From contig OY760935.1 in assembly GCA_963664295.1 (NCBI GenBank), forward strand, positions 928,001 to 992,000: DNA of 64,000 nt, in the 5' to 3' direction. Positions 21,126 through 31,819 of the stretch are shown in pieces. The notes under the pieces were generated by a model. The model did not search any database. It worked only from the letters and a program-made list of their open reading frames with translations, and had not been told where the DNA came from. Origin of the DNA: Candidatus Altimarinota bacterium (lineage in GTDB: Bacteria > Patescibacteriota > Gracilibacteria > CAIRYL01 > GCA-016699755). The position numbers were made by a program, and so were the translations under genes. The first letter of the stretch is position 1. Every line of letters starts with the position of its first letter.

Positions 21126-21635
21126 TTAAATATTATCTTGATTATTAAAGTACTTAATTACTCTTGTTCTAACTCCGCCACTTTCTAAATCTTCAAAATG
21201 AATTTCGTCGGTTAATGGAGCAACAATATGAGAAAGACCTCTACCTCTAATTGTTAATAATTGAGTAGGATCCATTGCTCTTTTTTCTGCCAACAATTTA
21301 TTTAATTGTTCTGCTGTTTTTGGTTCTGGGCCTGTGCCAGTATCTTCAACAGCAACCTCAATTTTATAATTTTTTGTAATAGAAAACCAAAGAGTAATGT
21401 CTTTTCCTGCGCTAGAACCATGCTCAATAGCATTATTACAAAGCTCATCTACAACACTTTGAAAACGAAAAGCCCATTGATCTGTAAATCCGCTCATATT
21501 TTTAATAGCATCTAAGGTAAAATCTCTAATACCAGACATAAAATATGCATTTGTTGGGAAAATAATGGTTATTTTCGTTGGTTGGTTTTCGCTCGGATTT
21601 TGTATTGGCTCTGTATTTAGCTCCATTTTTATCAA
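21126..21635 (-). CDS. Anti-sigma-factor Ser/Thr kinase (RsbW/SpoIIAB-like HATPase)
   Basis: VVDELCNNAIEHG, VEDTGTG, RGRGL. Confidence 0.85.
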   Translation of the reverse strand: MIKMELNTEPIQNPSENQPTKITIIFPTNAYFMSGIRDFTLDAIKNMSGFTDQWAFRFQSVVDELCNNAIEHGSSAGKDITLWFSITKNYKIEVAVEDTGTGPEPKTAEQLNKLLAEKRAMDPTQLLTIRGRGLSHIVAPLTDEIHFEDLESGGVRTRVIKYFNNQDNI

Positions 21636-21691
21636 TTTATCACAAAATTATACCACAATATTTCAATAAAAACAAGCATTTAACCCTAAAT

Positions 21692-21715
21692 AAAAACCCG
21701 CCTTGTATAGGCGGG
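21692..21715 (-). terminator. Intrinsic terminator after tuf-rpsJ
   Basis: CCCGCCT-tgtat-AGGCGGG stem with T-run on the minus strand. Confidence 0.8.
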
Positions 21716-21744
21716 CTTAATTGCGAATAAATAAATTATAAATC

Positions 21745-22065
21745 TTATCCTAACATTTTAATCTCTACCTCAACACCTGCTGGCAAAGAAAGATTTTGCA
21801 AAGCATCAATAGTCTGAGGAGTGGTTTCTGTAAAATCTATAAGTCTTTTATGGGTACGAATTTCAAACTGCTCTCTAGAATCCTTGTGAACAAAAGTAGA
21901 TTTATTCAAAGTCAATTTTTTAATCTTTACCGGTAGAGGCACAGGACCTGCAACAAGTGCGCCTGTTCTCTCTGCACTTTCAATAATTGTTTTTGCCGCT
22001 TCATCAAGGACCGTATGATCAAAAGATATAAGCGTAATTCTAATTTTCTGACTAACAGCGTTCAT
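21745..22065 (-). CDS. rpsJ: 30S ribosomal protein S10
   Basis: [27 protein letters not shown]. Confidence 0.97.
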   Translation of the reverse strand: MNAVSQKIRITLISFDHTVLDEAAKTIIESAERTGALVAGPVPLPVKIKKLTLNKSTFVHKDSREQFEIRTHKRLIDFTETTPQTIDALQNLSLPAGVEVEIKMLG

Positions 22066-22070
22066 AATAT

Positions 22071-23264
22071 TTATTTAATAATTTTAGTTACAACACCAGC
22101 ACCAACAGTGCGTCCGCCTTCACGAACAGCAAATTTAGTACCTTCATCAAGAGCAATAGGACAACCAAGTGTGACATTCATTTTAATATCATCACCAGGC
22201 ATAACCATTTCAACACCATCAGGCAATTGAATCTCACCTGTCACATCTGTTGTACGAATGTAGAATTGTGGTTTATATCCTTTAAAGAATGGAGTGTGGC
22301 GTCCACCTTCCTCTTTAGAAAGAACATAAATCTGAGCTTCAAATTCAGTATGAGGAGTGATTGTTCCTGGTTTTGCAAGAACTTGTCCTCTTTCAATTTC
22401 TTCGCGCTCAATACCGCGTAAAAGAGCACCGATATTATCACCGGCTTGTCCTTGATCAAGCATTTTCTTGAACATTTCAACACCAGTCACAACAACTTTG
22501 CGTGTTTCTTTGATACCAACGATTTCAATTTCATCGTTAACTTTAACAATACCCTGATCAACACGACCTGTGGCAACAGTACCACGACCTTTAATAGAGA
22601 AAACATCCTCAACAGGCATCAAGAATGGTTTATCAAGGTCACGAACTGGCTCAGGAATATAAGAATCAAGATAACCTGCAAGCTCAAGAATAGGAGCAGT
22701 AGCAGCTTCATCGTCTTGATTTTCAATAGCTTTCAAAGCAGAACCACGAACAATAGGTACATCATCACCAGGGAATTCGTATTTACTTAAAAGTTCACGA
22801 ACTTCCATTTCAACAAGATCCAAAAGCTCTGGATCATCAACTTGATCAGTTTTGTTCATGAAAACCACAATCGCAGGCACATTAACCTGACGAGCAAGCA
22901 AAATATGCTCACGAGTTTGTGGCATTGGTCCATCTGCAGCAGATACAACCAAAATAGCACCGTCCATCTGAGCAGCGCCAGTGATCATGTTTTTAACATA
23001 ATCGGCATGTCCTGGACAATCCACGTGTGCGTAGTGTCGTGTTTCAGTCTCATATTCAACATGAGAAGTGTTAATTGTAATACCTCTTGCTTTCTCTTCT
23101 GGAGCATTATCAATTTGTTCAAAGCTTTTAGCAGTGTTCAAACCACCAAATTTCTTTGCCAAAGTCATTGTAATAGCAGCTGTGAGAGTAGTCTTACCAT
23201 GGTCAACGTGACCAATAGTACCAACGTTCACATGAGGTTTATCGCGTGTAAAAACATCAGCCAT
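22071..23264 (-). CDS. tuf: Elongation factor Tu
   Basis: [24 protein letters not shown], NKxD. Confidence 0.99.
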   Translation of the reverse strand: MADVFTRDKPHVNVGTIGHVDHGKTTLTAAITMTLAKKFGGLNTAKSFEQIDNAPEEKARGITINTSHVEYETETRHYAHVDCPGHADYVKNMITGAAQMDGAILVVSAADGPMPQTREHILLARQVNVPAIVVFMNKTDQVDDPELLDLVEMEVRELLSKYEFPGDDVPIVRGSALKAIENQDDEAATAPILELAGYLDSYIPEPVRDLDKPFLMPVEDVFSIKGRGTVATGRVDQGIVKVNDEIEIVGIKETRKVVVTGVEMFKKMLDQGQAGDNIGALLRGIEREEIERGQVLAKPGTITPHTEFEAQIYVLSKEEGGRHTPFFKGYKPQFYIRTTDVTGEIQLPDGVEMVMPGDDIKMNVTLGCPIALDEGTKFAVREGGRTVGAGVVTKIIK

Positions 23265-23417
23265 TTTTCGTAAAAAAATCTTAAAAAAAGCTACAGCATT
23301 TTAGCTGTCTATAATGGGAATGTCAAACTTTTTTATTATTATACATAATTATTTGCAATAAACTTCTTGACAATATTATTATTTTATACTAAAATCTGTA
23401 TCCTTTCTTATAAAAAT

Positions 23418-25010
23418 ATGTCACCTAAGAAAAAAATTATCACAATTATTATTTTAGCTGTTCTCTTTCTTGCAACGGCCTATGTTTGCTTTTTAAACAA
23501 AGAGCTTGTTTACAAGATAGAATTTGCCAATAACACTGAAAACTCTGACACGAAAATAACTGGTTTAGTAGAAAAATTTGAAATTACTGAAAAAAATGAC
23601 ACTCTATATAAAGTGAGCAATTGGACAATGGTAAATGATGAAGTTGAGATTAAAATAAAAGCACCGAAAAATATTGAAGAATTTACCAATTTAACAATTG
23701 CAACTAGTTTTCAAAATTTTGATAACCCAACTTTAGAGGCAGGAATAAAAAAAGAGGTCGACATAAGTGTTGGCGAGCCTGTTTATGATTGGCAATATTC
23801 TTTTTTAGACAATCAATATCTCAATGAGTTTCAAAAATATATGGGAAAAGGCTGGTCTTCGCTCATGGATGCAGAAAAAGGCTTAATGCTTTTTCAAAAA
23901 CAACATAATTACGAAACAATAGAAGATTTTCTTACAAATCCACCAAAAAAACTAGAAACAACAACAGTGCAAACTGATGATTTTGGAAATAAAAAATTAG
24001 TTAAAAAAGATATAGCCCAAACAGCAACTGTAAATTATAAATTAAACCAAAAAATTGATCCCAACAGCCTTATTACTGAACTTACCGAAGAAGAACTAAT
24101 AACAAAAAATATTCTTAATGCTAGAAAAAATTTCACCAATATCAATCAATCCTTTCGTGGTGGATTTTTTCTCTATACCTACTTTGACAATACGAAACAG
24201 AAAAACCTTGAACTAAGCTTTTTAAAGCAAGATTTAAACTTCAAAAGCAACGAAGATCTTTATGAAATCAAAGTTTACAATGAGGAAGACGACTTGGTTT
24301 ACTACACAGTTCTAGATGATGATGGAATTGTGGATAATTCGGAGGTAATCAACATCCAAGCCTACAAACAAACAATTCCTCTAAAAGAGACTGGGGCATA
24401 TATTGTTAAATTTTCAAATCCAACCTATGACAGCATGATTCGCAATATCAACATCAACTCAGACAAAGTCATGCTTAATGATTTTGCTTCTATCGACTTT
24501 GAAGGATTTGGCGTACGCAACCTGATCACAAAGCCCATGAACCTTTTTGCAATGAAAGGGTTTATAACAATCTACCCAGAGCACTCCAACGCAAGTCAAG
24601 ATGTGGTTATTAACGGTCTTGTTTATAATGTAGATTATGCAAACAGAAGCCTAACTGGGGCTTTTAACCTTGAAGCAGAAATTAATGAAATCACAACTAG
24701 CAAAAATGACGCTCGCATTTATCACAATGATAATCCTGTAGCCGTAGAAAAAGAGGGTTTATTTGAAATTAATCCCAACGCAACAGTTGACTTTAAGCCA
24801 ATTGGGGATGTTAATGTAAATTATGTAATAGCCAAATATCAAACACCTGAAATTGACGGCGAACAACAATACAACAAAACAATTTTTGATATGGAAAATA
24901 TTTATGTCGATGAAGATGGCTACATAAACTTAAGACTAAGAGCCAATGGCCTTACAGGTTATGGCAATGAAATTACCATCAATTCTCTTGAAGTTAAATT
25001 AAGTAAATAA
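23418..25010 (+). CDS. Membrane-anchored hypothetical surface protein
   Basis: N-terminal TM after MSPKKK, beta-rich Asn/Thr-rich body; stop overlaps next start (TAATG). Confidence 0.6.
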   Translation: MSPKKKIITIIILAVLFLATAYVCFLNKELVYKIEFANNTENSDTKITGLVEKFEITEKNDTLYKVSNWTMVNDEVEIKIKAPKNIEEFTNLTIATSFQNFDNPTLEAGIKKEVDISVGEPVYDWQYSFLDNQYLNEFQKYMGKGWSSLMDAEKGLMLFQKQHNYETIEDFLTNPPKKLETTTVQTDDFGNKKLVKKDIAQTATVNYKLNQKIDPNSLITELTEEELITKNILNARKNFTNINQSFRGGFFLYTYFDNTKQKNLELSFLKQDLNFKSNEDLYEIKVYNEEDDLVYYTVLDDDGIVDNSEVINIQAYKQTIPLKETGAYIVKFSNPTYDSMIRNININSDKVMLNDFASIDFEGFGVRNLITKPMNLFAMKGFITIYPEHSNASQDVVINGLVYNVDYANRSLTGAFNLEAEINEITTSKNDARIYHNDNPVAVEKEGLFEINPNATVDFKPIGDVNVNYVIAKYQTPEIDGEQQYNKTIFDMENIYVDEDGYINLRLRANGLTGYGNEITINSLEVKLSK

Positions 25011-26884
25011 TGCTTATTTTTATTCCCGCAATTTTGGCCTTATTGCTAAAGAATGTCTTTTTCATAGGCATTCTTTTGCTCTTAACAATACTAAGCTATG
25101 AATACTTTCACGCTCAAGCTAATAAAAAAACATTTCAATTCGCAAAATTTATCTTTTTGTTAGGTGGTTTTGTGTTAGTAGTCAGCAATATTTGTTCATT
25201 TTTTATAGAATTTGGATACGAAGCAAAAGAGCCTTTTATAAAAATTTTTTCTTTTTTAGACTTAATTAAACTAAAAATTTTAATTTTAGTGCTTTTTTCT
25301 GCTTTTATTGCTTGGCGCAATGCAGACAAAAAAACAGGTTTTAATATTAAGTTAAATAAAACTCAATTTTATATTATTTTTGGAACTATTTTATTGATTG
25401 GTTTTTTTCTCAGAACATGGAACTTAAACGACCTTGCCCCTTTTAAAGATGAATTTAGTCATCTTCTTAGTCCTCGCAACATACACAATGGCAACCCCAT
25501 GTTTGAAATGAGAGGCTATTTCATTAACTATCTTAATTTAGCTTTATTTAAATTATTTAATATTGATCCCAACAATCTTTTTGCTGATTACACAAAGGTT
25601 TTATTTTTAATCAGAATGCCTTCTGTAGTCGTTGGCACTATTACTATTTTTATTTTTTATAAAATTGGCAATAAATATAATCAATTAACTGGCTTAATTT
25701 TAGCTTTTTTATTGGCAATTTTCCCATTACACATCGCATTAAGCAAAATGAGTCGCGAATATGTATGGTTTTTTCTAATTTTTGCTCTCGATATTCTTTT
25801 CGCACAAAAAATACTTAAAGAATTACCAAAAACTAAAGAAATTAAAAATTTAATCAAAAAAAATAAGGCAATAATGGCATTTTTTCTTATACAAGTAATA
25901 GATGCATTTTTAATAGAACCTGATTCGACCTTAAAATTAATTGTTTTTATGTTTGGTAGTTTGTTTTTAGTGGCCAGCTCTTTTTATTATTATCGCAATC
26001 CCAAAAAAATATTCAGCAAAAATAGCTTATCTATAATAATTACAGCTATTTTAAGCCTGACTTTGCTTATTTATAAATTTCACAACCATATTGGTTTTGA
26101 CTTTAGTCAACGCTATTTCGATATTATGACAAACGCAAATCAAAGCCATTTTTTTGCTAATTATTTTGCGCTATTTCCACTATTTTTTATTATTATTTCC
26201 TTAGCTGGCTTTATATTAAGCTATAAACAAAATAAGACCAAAAAATTAACAGTGTCTTTTTTTGCTATATTTTTAATTAGCAATCTTGTCTTTTTTGCTT
26301 ATCTTTTTAATCGTTACATACAAATTCGCTACACCTACACATTTTTTATTCCTTATTTAATTTTGATAAGCACTGGATTTTACACAATTTTTTATTTTTT
26401 AAAAAAATACCTTAATATTCCTGTTTTTATCACAGGAATATTAACATTTTTTACATTATTAAGCCCTTACAACATAATATATGCAGGCAAATTCAACGAA
26501 AACAACGCTTGGAGCAGGGTCACCGAACACTACAATCAAGAAATAACAAGTTTTTTAGGATTTTTTATAGAACAAAAAATCGCACAAGAAACACCAGTAA
26601 TAACAAGTTATCCCAATATGATTGGTGCTTTCACAAAGGCTGAAAATATTTTATTTTACGACATCAAAACAGGCGAAAAGCGTTTTGATTTAATACACAA
26701 CACAATACAGAACTATGATCAAGGCTGGATCGTTCTTGATTGGCGCAGAAATGGTCTTTGGGCAAAAGGTTTGCCAAAAAAAGATTTCTATACCAACGGC
26801 ATATATGTTGAAAAAGTCACAGAAGTGGACAAATTCACTGTTTATAGATGGAATAAAAACATTGACCTCAAAACCAGTCAATAA
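25010..26884 (+). CDS. GT-C fold membrane glycosyltransferase (ArnT/PMT-like)
   Basis: Many TMs, FFLR..L......DE, R.PSV..G, S...REY. Confidence 0.75.
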   Translation: MLIFIPAILALLLKNVFFIGILLLLTILSYEYFHAQANKKTFQFAKFIFLLGGFVLVVSNICSFFIEFGYEAKEPFIKIFSFLDLIKLKILILVLFSAFIAWRNADKKTGFNIKLNKTQFYIIFGTILLIGFFLRTWNLNDLAPFKDEFSHLLSPRNIHNGNPMFEMRGYFINYLNLALFKLFNIDPNNLFADYTKVLFLIRMPSVVVGTITIFIFYKIGNKYNQLTGLILAFLLAIFPLHIALSKMSREYVWFFLIFALDILFAQKILKELPKTKEIKNLIKKNKAIMAFFLIQVIDAFLIEPDSTLKLIVFMFGSLFLVASSFYYYRNPKKIFSKNSLSIIITAILSLTLLIYKFHNHIGFDFSQRYFDIMTNANQSHFFANYFALFPLFFIIISLAGFILSYKQNKTKKLTVSFFAIFLISNLVFFAYLFNRYIQIRYTYTFFIPYLILISTGFYTIFYFLKKYLNIPVFITGILTFFTLLSPYNIIYAGKFNENNAWSRVTEHYNQEITSFLGFFIEQKIAQETPVITSYPNMIGAFTKAENILFYDIKTGEKRFDLIHNTIQNYDQGWIVLDWRRNGLWAKGLPKKDFYTNGIYVEKVTEVDKFTVYRWNKNIDLKTSQ

Positions 26885-26914
26885 AATAGTTACCATTCTT
26901 TATTGTCACAAAAC

Positions 26915-27865
26915 TTAATTCTTAAGTTTTTTTGTTTTATAAAATAAAAAAATCAATCCACCAAATAAACTATTAAAAATCACCAAAATAAATTGAGTAA
27001 TTTGCACAGTCAAAATATCAACAGTTAAAATCCCAACCAAAGGATAAAAAGTGATACCTGCCCACTCTCGCACGCCAATGCCATTAAAAGAAATTGGCAA
27101 AAACATCAATAAAATAATAATTGGATGAACAACAAAAAACAAAAAAGCAGGAATATAAATTCCCAGCGATTTTGCCACACAAATCATAATCAATATATTT
27201 AAGAAATTAAAAACAACAGAAAACAAAAATGCCAACAAAAAAAGCTTTTTATTAGAACCTGTGCTTGCAAAAGAATTTAAAACTTGCTCAATAGTAATAA
27301 AACGCTTACCTAAAACTCTTTCTAGAAATAATTTTAAAAAATTAAACTTTTGTGAAATTAAATAAAAAATAACAACTAAAAAGAAAAGGCTATACAAAAT
27401 CCATAAAATTGGCTCAATCGCAGTATTGCGGAAAAAAGAAAATTTAAATAAATAAAAAAACAAAGAAATAAAAATTAAGGAAACAACCCCCATAATGCGC
27501 TCAACTAAGATAGAAGTTGTTGTGTCCAATTTTTTTCCTGTTTCTTTGTACAAATAAACTCCTCTCATGGCGTCTCCTCCAATAGAACCCAGCAAAAACA
27601 TATTAAAAAATATACCAATATAATAAATCTGAAATGCCCGCCAAAAACTCAGGCTAACTCCTTGGTTTCTAAGTAAAAATATCCACCTAAAAGAAGAGGT
27701 CGCAACTGCAAAAATGGCTACTAAAAACCCAAATAAAAGCCAGTTAATATTTGTTTTTGCAATATTTTGCAAAATTGGCTGAATATCTATTTTTTGAAAC
27801 AAAAAATAAATCAAAACAACTGCAATTGCTAATCTAAAAATAATTTTTAAGTTTTTATTTTTCAT
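26915..27865 (-). CDS. Lysylphosphatidylglycerol-synthase TM / flippase-like protein (UPF0104)
   Basis: RW..LL, IGIFFN.FL...IGGD..R, VER, LPISFNGIGVRE. Confidence 0.85.
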   Translation of the reverse strand: MKNKNLKIIFRLAIAVVLIYFLFQKIDIQPILQNIAKTNINWLLFGFLVAIFAVATSSFRWIFLLRNQGVSLSFWRAFQIYYIGIFFNMFLLGSIGGDAMRGVYLYKETGKKLDTTTSILVERIMGVVSLIFISLFFYLFKFSFFRNTAIEPILWILYSLFFLVVIFYLISQKFNFLKLFLERVLGKRFITIEQVLNSFASTGSNKKLFLLAFLFSVVFNFLNILIMICVAKSLGIYIPAFLFFVVHPIIILLMFLPISFNGIGVREWAGITFYPLVGILTVDILTVQITQFILVIFNSLFGGLIFLFYKTKKLKN

Positions 27866-28457
27866 TACGCTTTTTAATAATTTTTGCAGGAACACCAACA
27901 GCTACAGAAAAAGGTGGAATATCTTTATTCACCACAGCATTCGCCCCAATAACACTTCCTTTGCCAATTTTTACGCCACTGATAATGGTGACACCAGCAC
28001 CAATCCAACAACCATCTTCAATAATTGTTTTACCTGTTTTTTTAAGTGGCTTTTTCCCTAGCAAATCACTATTGTCTGGCATTTCATGGTTTACAACAAC
28101 TCTGGCATGCGTAGCAATAGCGACACTCTCGCCAATTTCCAAGCCACCATGTCCATCCAAAATACAATAAGGGTTCACAGTGCTATCTTTGCCTATTTTT
28201 ATGTATTCACCACGAGTATTTAGAACACATCCTTGATTTATGTGTACATTTTTTCCAATTTCTATGCCAATTTTATAACTAGAAAATGCTTTCAAAATAC
28301 TACCTTCAATAATTACTCCCTTATAAATTTTGATTTTCCAAAAAGCATATAATTTTGACTTAACATCAATATAAGCAAGACTAAATAAGCTCAAAAAAGG
28401 ATTGAGCACAAAAGAAGGAATTGCTTTATTAAGAAAAAATTTAATTTTTTTAAGCAT
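27855..28457 (-). CDS. Hexapeptide-repeat O-acyltransferase
   Basis: IEDGCWIGAGVTIISGVKIGKGSVIGANAVV..DIPP. Confidence 0.88.
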   Translation of the reverse strand: MLKKIKFFLNKAIPSFVLNPFLSLFSLAYIDVKSKLYAFWKIKIYKGVIIEGSILKAFSSYKIGIEIGKNVHINQGCVLNTRGEYIKIGKDSTVNPYCILDGHGGLEIGESVAIATHARVVVNHEMPDNSDLLGKKPLKKTGKTIIEDGCWIGAGVTIISGVKIGKGSVIGANAVVNKDIPPFSVAVGVPAKIIKKRNEK

Positions 28458-28460
28458 TTT

Positions 28461-29576
28461 TTAAAATAATTTACTAAATTTTTTGGCAAGTTCCCGCCAG
28501 CTCATTTTTTCTGCTTTTTGGCGTGAATTTTTTCCCATTGTAAGGATTTTTTGTGGATTTTTCAAAAATTCTTTTATTTTTTTAGATAATTCATCTGCAC
28601 TTTCTATGCCAACAATAAATCCATTTTCTTTGTCTTGAACTAGCTCCTTACTACCACCTGTGTCACTCACAACACAAGGTAAACCTGATGCCATGCCTTC
28701 CAAAACCGCATTGCTCATGCCTTCATTTTTTGAAGACAAAACAAAAATATCTGCTTTTGCATATTTTTTTGCTATTTTTTGCTTATTTTTAATTATTCCG
28801 GTTAGATCCAAGTCTACTTTTAATTTTTTTGCCAAATTTATTAAATTTTCTTTTTCTGGTCCATCGCCAATAATTTGCACAATTACATCAAGACCTTCAC
28901 AAGCTTGAATTAAAAGTGAAAAATTTTTACGCTCAACCAACCTGCCAACAGAAATAATGATTGGTTTTTTGTTCTTTTTTTCTAGATCAGGCTTAAAAAA
29001 ATCAGTATCTACGCCGTTATAAATTAAGCCAATTTCTTGTTTTGGCGCTGTCTTGTGTGCCAACTCTCGCAAACCATCAGAATTAGCAATGACTTGCTTG
29101 GCATTTTTCCAAATAATTGGTGAAAGCCAAGAAAAAATAAATTTATCCAACTTTTGCCAGCGTTTTTCATAAAAAGGCACATCTGAACCGCGCAAAAGCA
29201 CAATATAGGGCACTTTATATAATTTATTTAAAGCATATCCCAAAAAACCAGCGGGCAAACCACTCCAGCACAAAATTCCATCATATTTTTTTTGCTTAAT
29301 TAATTTTCGTGATTGAAAAAAGGCTTTCCAACTATATTTAATTAAGTCAAAAATAGTCTGGAAATGAATATTTTTGCCTTTTTTGCTAATATCCAAATAA
29401 TAAATTTCACTATTTTTATTAAATTTTTCCTGTTTTTTTTGATTTTCCGACGCAGTCACGAGATCAATTTGTAAATCAGGATAGGCTTCTAGCTCTTTGA
29501 GTGCAAAAAAATTAGCATTAGCCTGCCCCCCGCCCAAGGGCGGAAACTCATTGTTTAGCATTAAAATCTTTTTCAT
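28461..29576 (-). CDS. Glycosyltransferase family 4
   Basis: EFPPLGGG, IYNGVD, VGRL, EGMSNAVLEGMASGLP. Confidence 0.9.
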   Translation of the reverse strand: MKKILMLNNEFPPLGGGQANANFFALKELEAYPDLQIDLVTASENQKKQEKFNKNSEIYYLDISKKGKNIHFQTIFDLIKYSWKAFFQSRKLIKQKKYDGILCWSGLPAGFLGYALNKLYKVPYIVLLRGSDVPFYEKRWQKLDKFIFSWLSPIIWKNAKQVIANSDGLRELAHKTAPKQEIGLIYNGVDTDFFKPDLEKKNKKPIIISVGRLVERKNFSLLIQACEGLDVIVQIIGDGPEKENLINLAKKLKVDLDLTGIIKNKQKIAKKYAKADIFVLSSKNEGMSNAVLEGMASGLPCVVSDTGGSKELVQDKENGFIVGIESADELSKKIKEFLKNPQKILTMGKNSRQKAEKMSWRELAKKFSKLF

Positions 29577-29676
29577 CAGCACTCTTAAAGTTCTTTATTT
29601 TAAAATAAAAAAAATAAATTGTCAAATATAAATAAATTCAACAATATATTTAATATATCTATTTTTTAACTAATTT

Positions 29677-30615
29677 TTAATCAAAATTAATTTCTTCAGC
29701 AATAACATATAAATGCCTTTTACGAACATCATCGTAAATCCTGCCAATATATTCGCCCAAAATCCACAAAAATATAAATTGCAAGCCCATAAAACCGGCA
29801 ATAACAACAGTAAGCCACTTGAAAAGTGGATATTCTACATCAAAAAACAAGGCATCTATTGCCATGTAAATAAAAAATAAAATTGAAACAAAAATAGTAA
29901 TAAGCCCAATAACAAAACCTAACTTTAATGGCAAAAAAGAAAAATTTAAAATTCCGTCCATAGCTAAACGGAACATTTTTTTAATTGTGTATTGAGTTTC
30001 ACCATAAACCCTATTTGGGCGCTCAAAATCAACAAAACCATACTTAAAACCAAGCCAAGCAACCATGCCACGCAAATACCTTGCTTGCTCGTTCATTGTT
30101 AACAAATAATCAAGAACTTTGCGATCAATCAAGCGAAAATCGCCAACATTACGAGGAATTTCCACAGAAGAAAACTTAGAAAGTAATTTATAATAAATTT
30201 GAGCAGTGTGTTTTTTTAGAAATCCATCTTTGCGAGTTTTTCTGCGAGCATAAACAATTTTACAACCGTCTTTCCATTTTTGTATCATCTTGGGAATTAC
30301 TTCCGGTGGATCTTGAAGATCACAATCCATACTAACAATAATGTCCCCTTTGGCATATTTTAGACCAGCAGTAAGCGCGGCCTGATGACCAAAATTACGA
30401 CTTAGTGCTAAAACTTTTATCTTTGGATATTTTTTTGCTAATTCTTTAATTTCCAACAAGGTATAGTCCCTACTACCATCGTCAATTAAAATAATTTCAT
30501 AATCAAAATTATGAAGATCTTTTTTAAGAACCTTAATAAGCTCTTCATAAAAAACTGTTATATTTTTTTCTTCGTTATATGCTGGTGCAATAATGGAAAT
30601 TAATTTTTTATTCAT
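29677..30615 (-). CDS. Glycosyltransferase family 2 (polyprenol-phosphate glycosyltransferase, GtrB-like)
   Basis: PAYNEE, DDGSRD, SRNFGHQAA, MDCDLQDPP, two C-terminal TMs, GEYIGRIY. Confidence 0.9.
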   Translation of the reverse strand: MNKKLISIIAPAYNEEKNITVFYEELIKVLKKDLHNFDYEIILIDDGSRDYTLLEIKELAKKYPKIKVLALSRNFGHQAALTAGLKYAKGDIIVSMDCDLQDPPEVIPKMIQKWKDGCKIVYARRKTRKDGFLKKHTAQIYYKLLSKFSSVEIPRNVGDFRLIDRKVLDYLLTMNEQARYLRGMVAWLGFKYGFVDFERPNRVYGETQYTIKKMFRLAMDGILNFSFLPLKLGFVIGLITIFVSILFFIYMAIDALFFDVEYPLFKWLTVVIAGFMGLQFIFLWILGEYIGRIYDDVRKRHLYVIAEEINFD

Positions 30616-31537
30616 TTGTTTTTAAAGTTGATTTAATCATTTCTTGTAAATTTTTTTTAACTTGCCACCCTAAAGTTGTCTCAGCTTTTTTTGAGCTAGC
30701 AACAAGGCGCGCTGGATCACCAGCTCGACGTGGAGCAAGTTCTTTTGAAATCTTTTTGTCCAATTGTTTTTCAAACTCCTCAATAATTTCATTAACAGTA
30801 TAGCCTGTATTTGTGCCCAAGTTAAAAATATCTGAACCTTCTTGTTTCATAGCAAGAATATGCGCCTCTATTAAGTCCTCCAAATGAACATAATCTCTAA
30901 TACATGTGCCATCATGGGTTTCGTAATCATTACCAAAAATTTGTAATTTATCTTTTTTGCCACTTAAAACATCCATAACAACCGGAAAAAGATTACTTGA
31001 ACTCCGTTCTTGATATTTCAATCCAAGGTCACCAACAACATTAAAATAGCGCAAAGAAGAATAAGTAATCCCATGAATACTACTATACCAATCAATAAGC
31101 TCCTCGCATTTTAATTTAGTAAAACCATAATAATTACAAGGATTAAGTGGGTGCTTTTCATCAATTGGCAAATACTGAGGGTGTCCATATACTGCGGCAG
31201 AGGAAGAAAAAATAATTTTTGGAATTTTATGTCGCACCATAGCATCAAGTACATTAATCATGCCTGTTATATTCCTAGAATATTTTGTGGCATTAAGCAT
31301 AGACTCACCTGCGAATTTATGTGCTGCAAAATGAAAAACACAATCATAATGCTGATCTATTGCGTTTTTGTCTTCTGCTATGTCTTTTTGAAAAAATTTT
31401 GCTTTTTCATCTATATATTTTTTATCTCCTGTTGATAAATCATCTATTACAGTGACTGAAAAACCCTGATCACACAGCACTTTTACACAAGCAGAACCTA
31501 TATACCCTGCCCCGCCTAATACTAAAATTTTTTTCAT
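30608..31537 (-). CDS. galE: UDP-glucose 4-epimerase
   Basis: GGAGYIG, FSSSAAVYG, Y..TK, LRYFN, DGTCIRDYVH, RRAGDP. Confidence 0.92.
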   Translation of the reverse strand: MKKILVLGGAGYIGSACVKVLCDQGFSVTVIDDLSTGDKKYIDEKAKFFQKDIAEDKNAIDQHYDCVFHFAAHKFAGESMLNATKYSRNITGMINVLDAMVRHKIPKIIFSSSAAVYGHPQYLPIDEKHPLNPCNYYGFTKLKCEELIDWYSSIHGITYSSLRYFNVVGDLGLKYQERSSSNLFPVVMDVLSGKKDKLQIFGNDYETHDGTCIRDYVHLEDLIEAHILAMKQEGSDIFNLGTNTGYTVNEIIEEFEKQLDKKISKELAPRRAGDPARLVASSKKAETTLGWQVKKNLQEMIKSTLKTNE

Positions 31538-31743
31538 CAAATAATTATAACAAATTATGCAAAAAAGCTCAAGAAAAAGACCAAAAAGCAATAAAATCGG
31601 TCGGACTAGGCGAACAATGCGCAGATTGTTTAACGTAGGTCTATAGTTTTAAAAAAACCAGGAGGAGGCGAGCTAAGCGCACATTATAGAGCAAAAAAAT
31701 AAAATCGACGCAATAGTATGCAGACTATTTTTTATTAAAAATT

Positions 31744-31775
31744 AAAAAAGCTGATCAGTCCCCTAGCTGATCAGC
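31744..31775 (-). terminator. Intrinsic terminator after the two-component genes
   Basis: GCTGATCAG...CTGATCAGC stem followed by TTTTTT on the minus strand. Confidence 0.7.
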
Positions 31776-31819
31776 CATATTAGCAATATACAAGGTTAAA
31801 ATGAACTGGGGATGAAAAA

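Noticed and set aside
22227-23273. Antisense ORFs over tuf and other short opposite-strand ORFs in the track
   Set aside because: Fully nested in well-supported genes with no motifs; expected shadows of codon bias.
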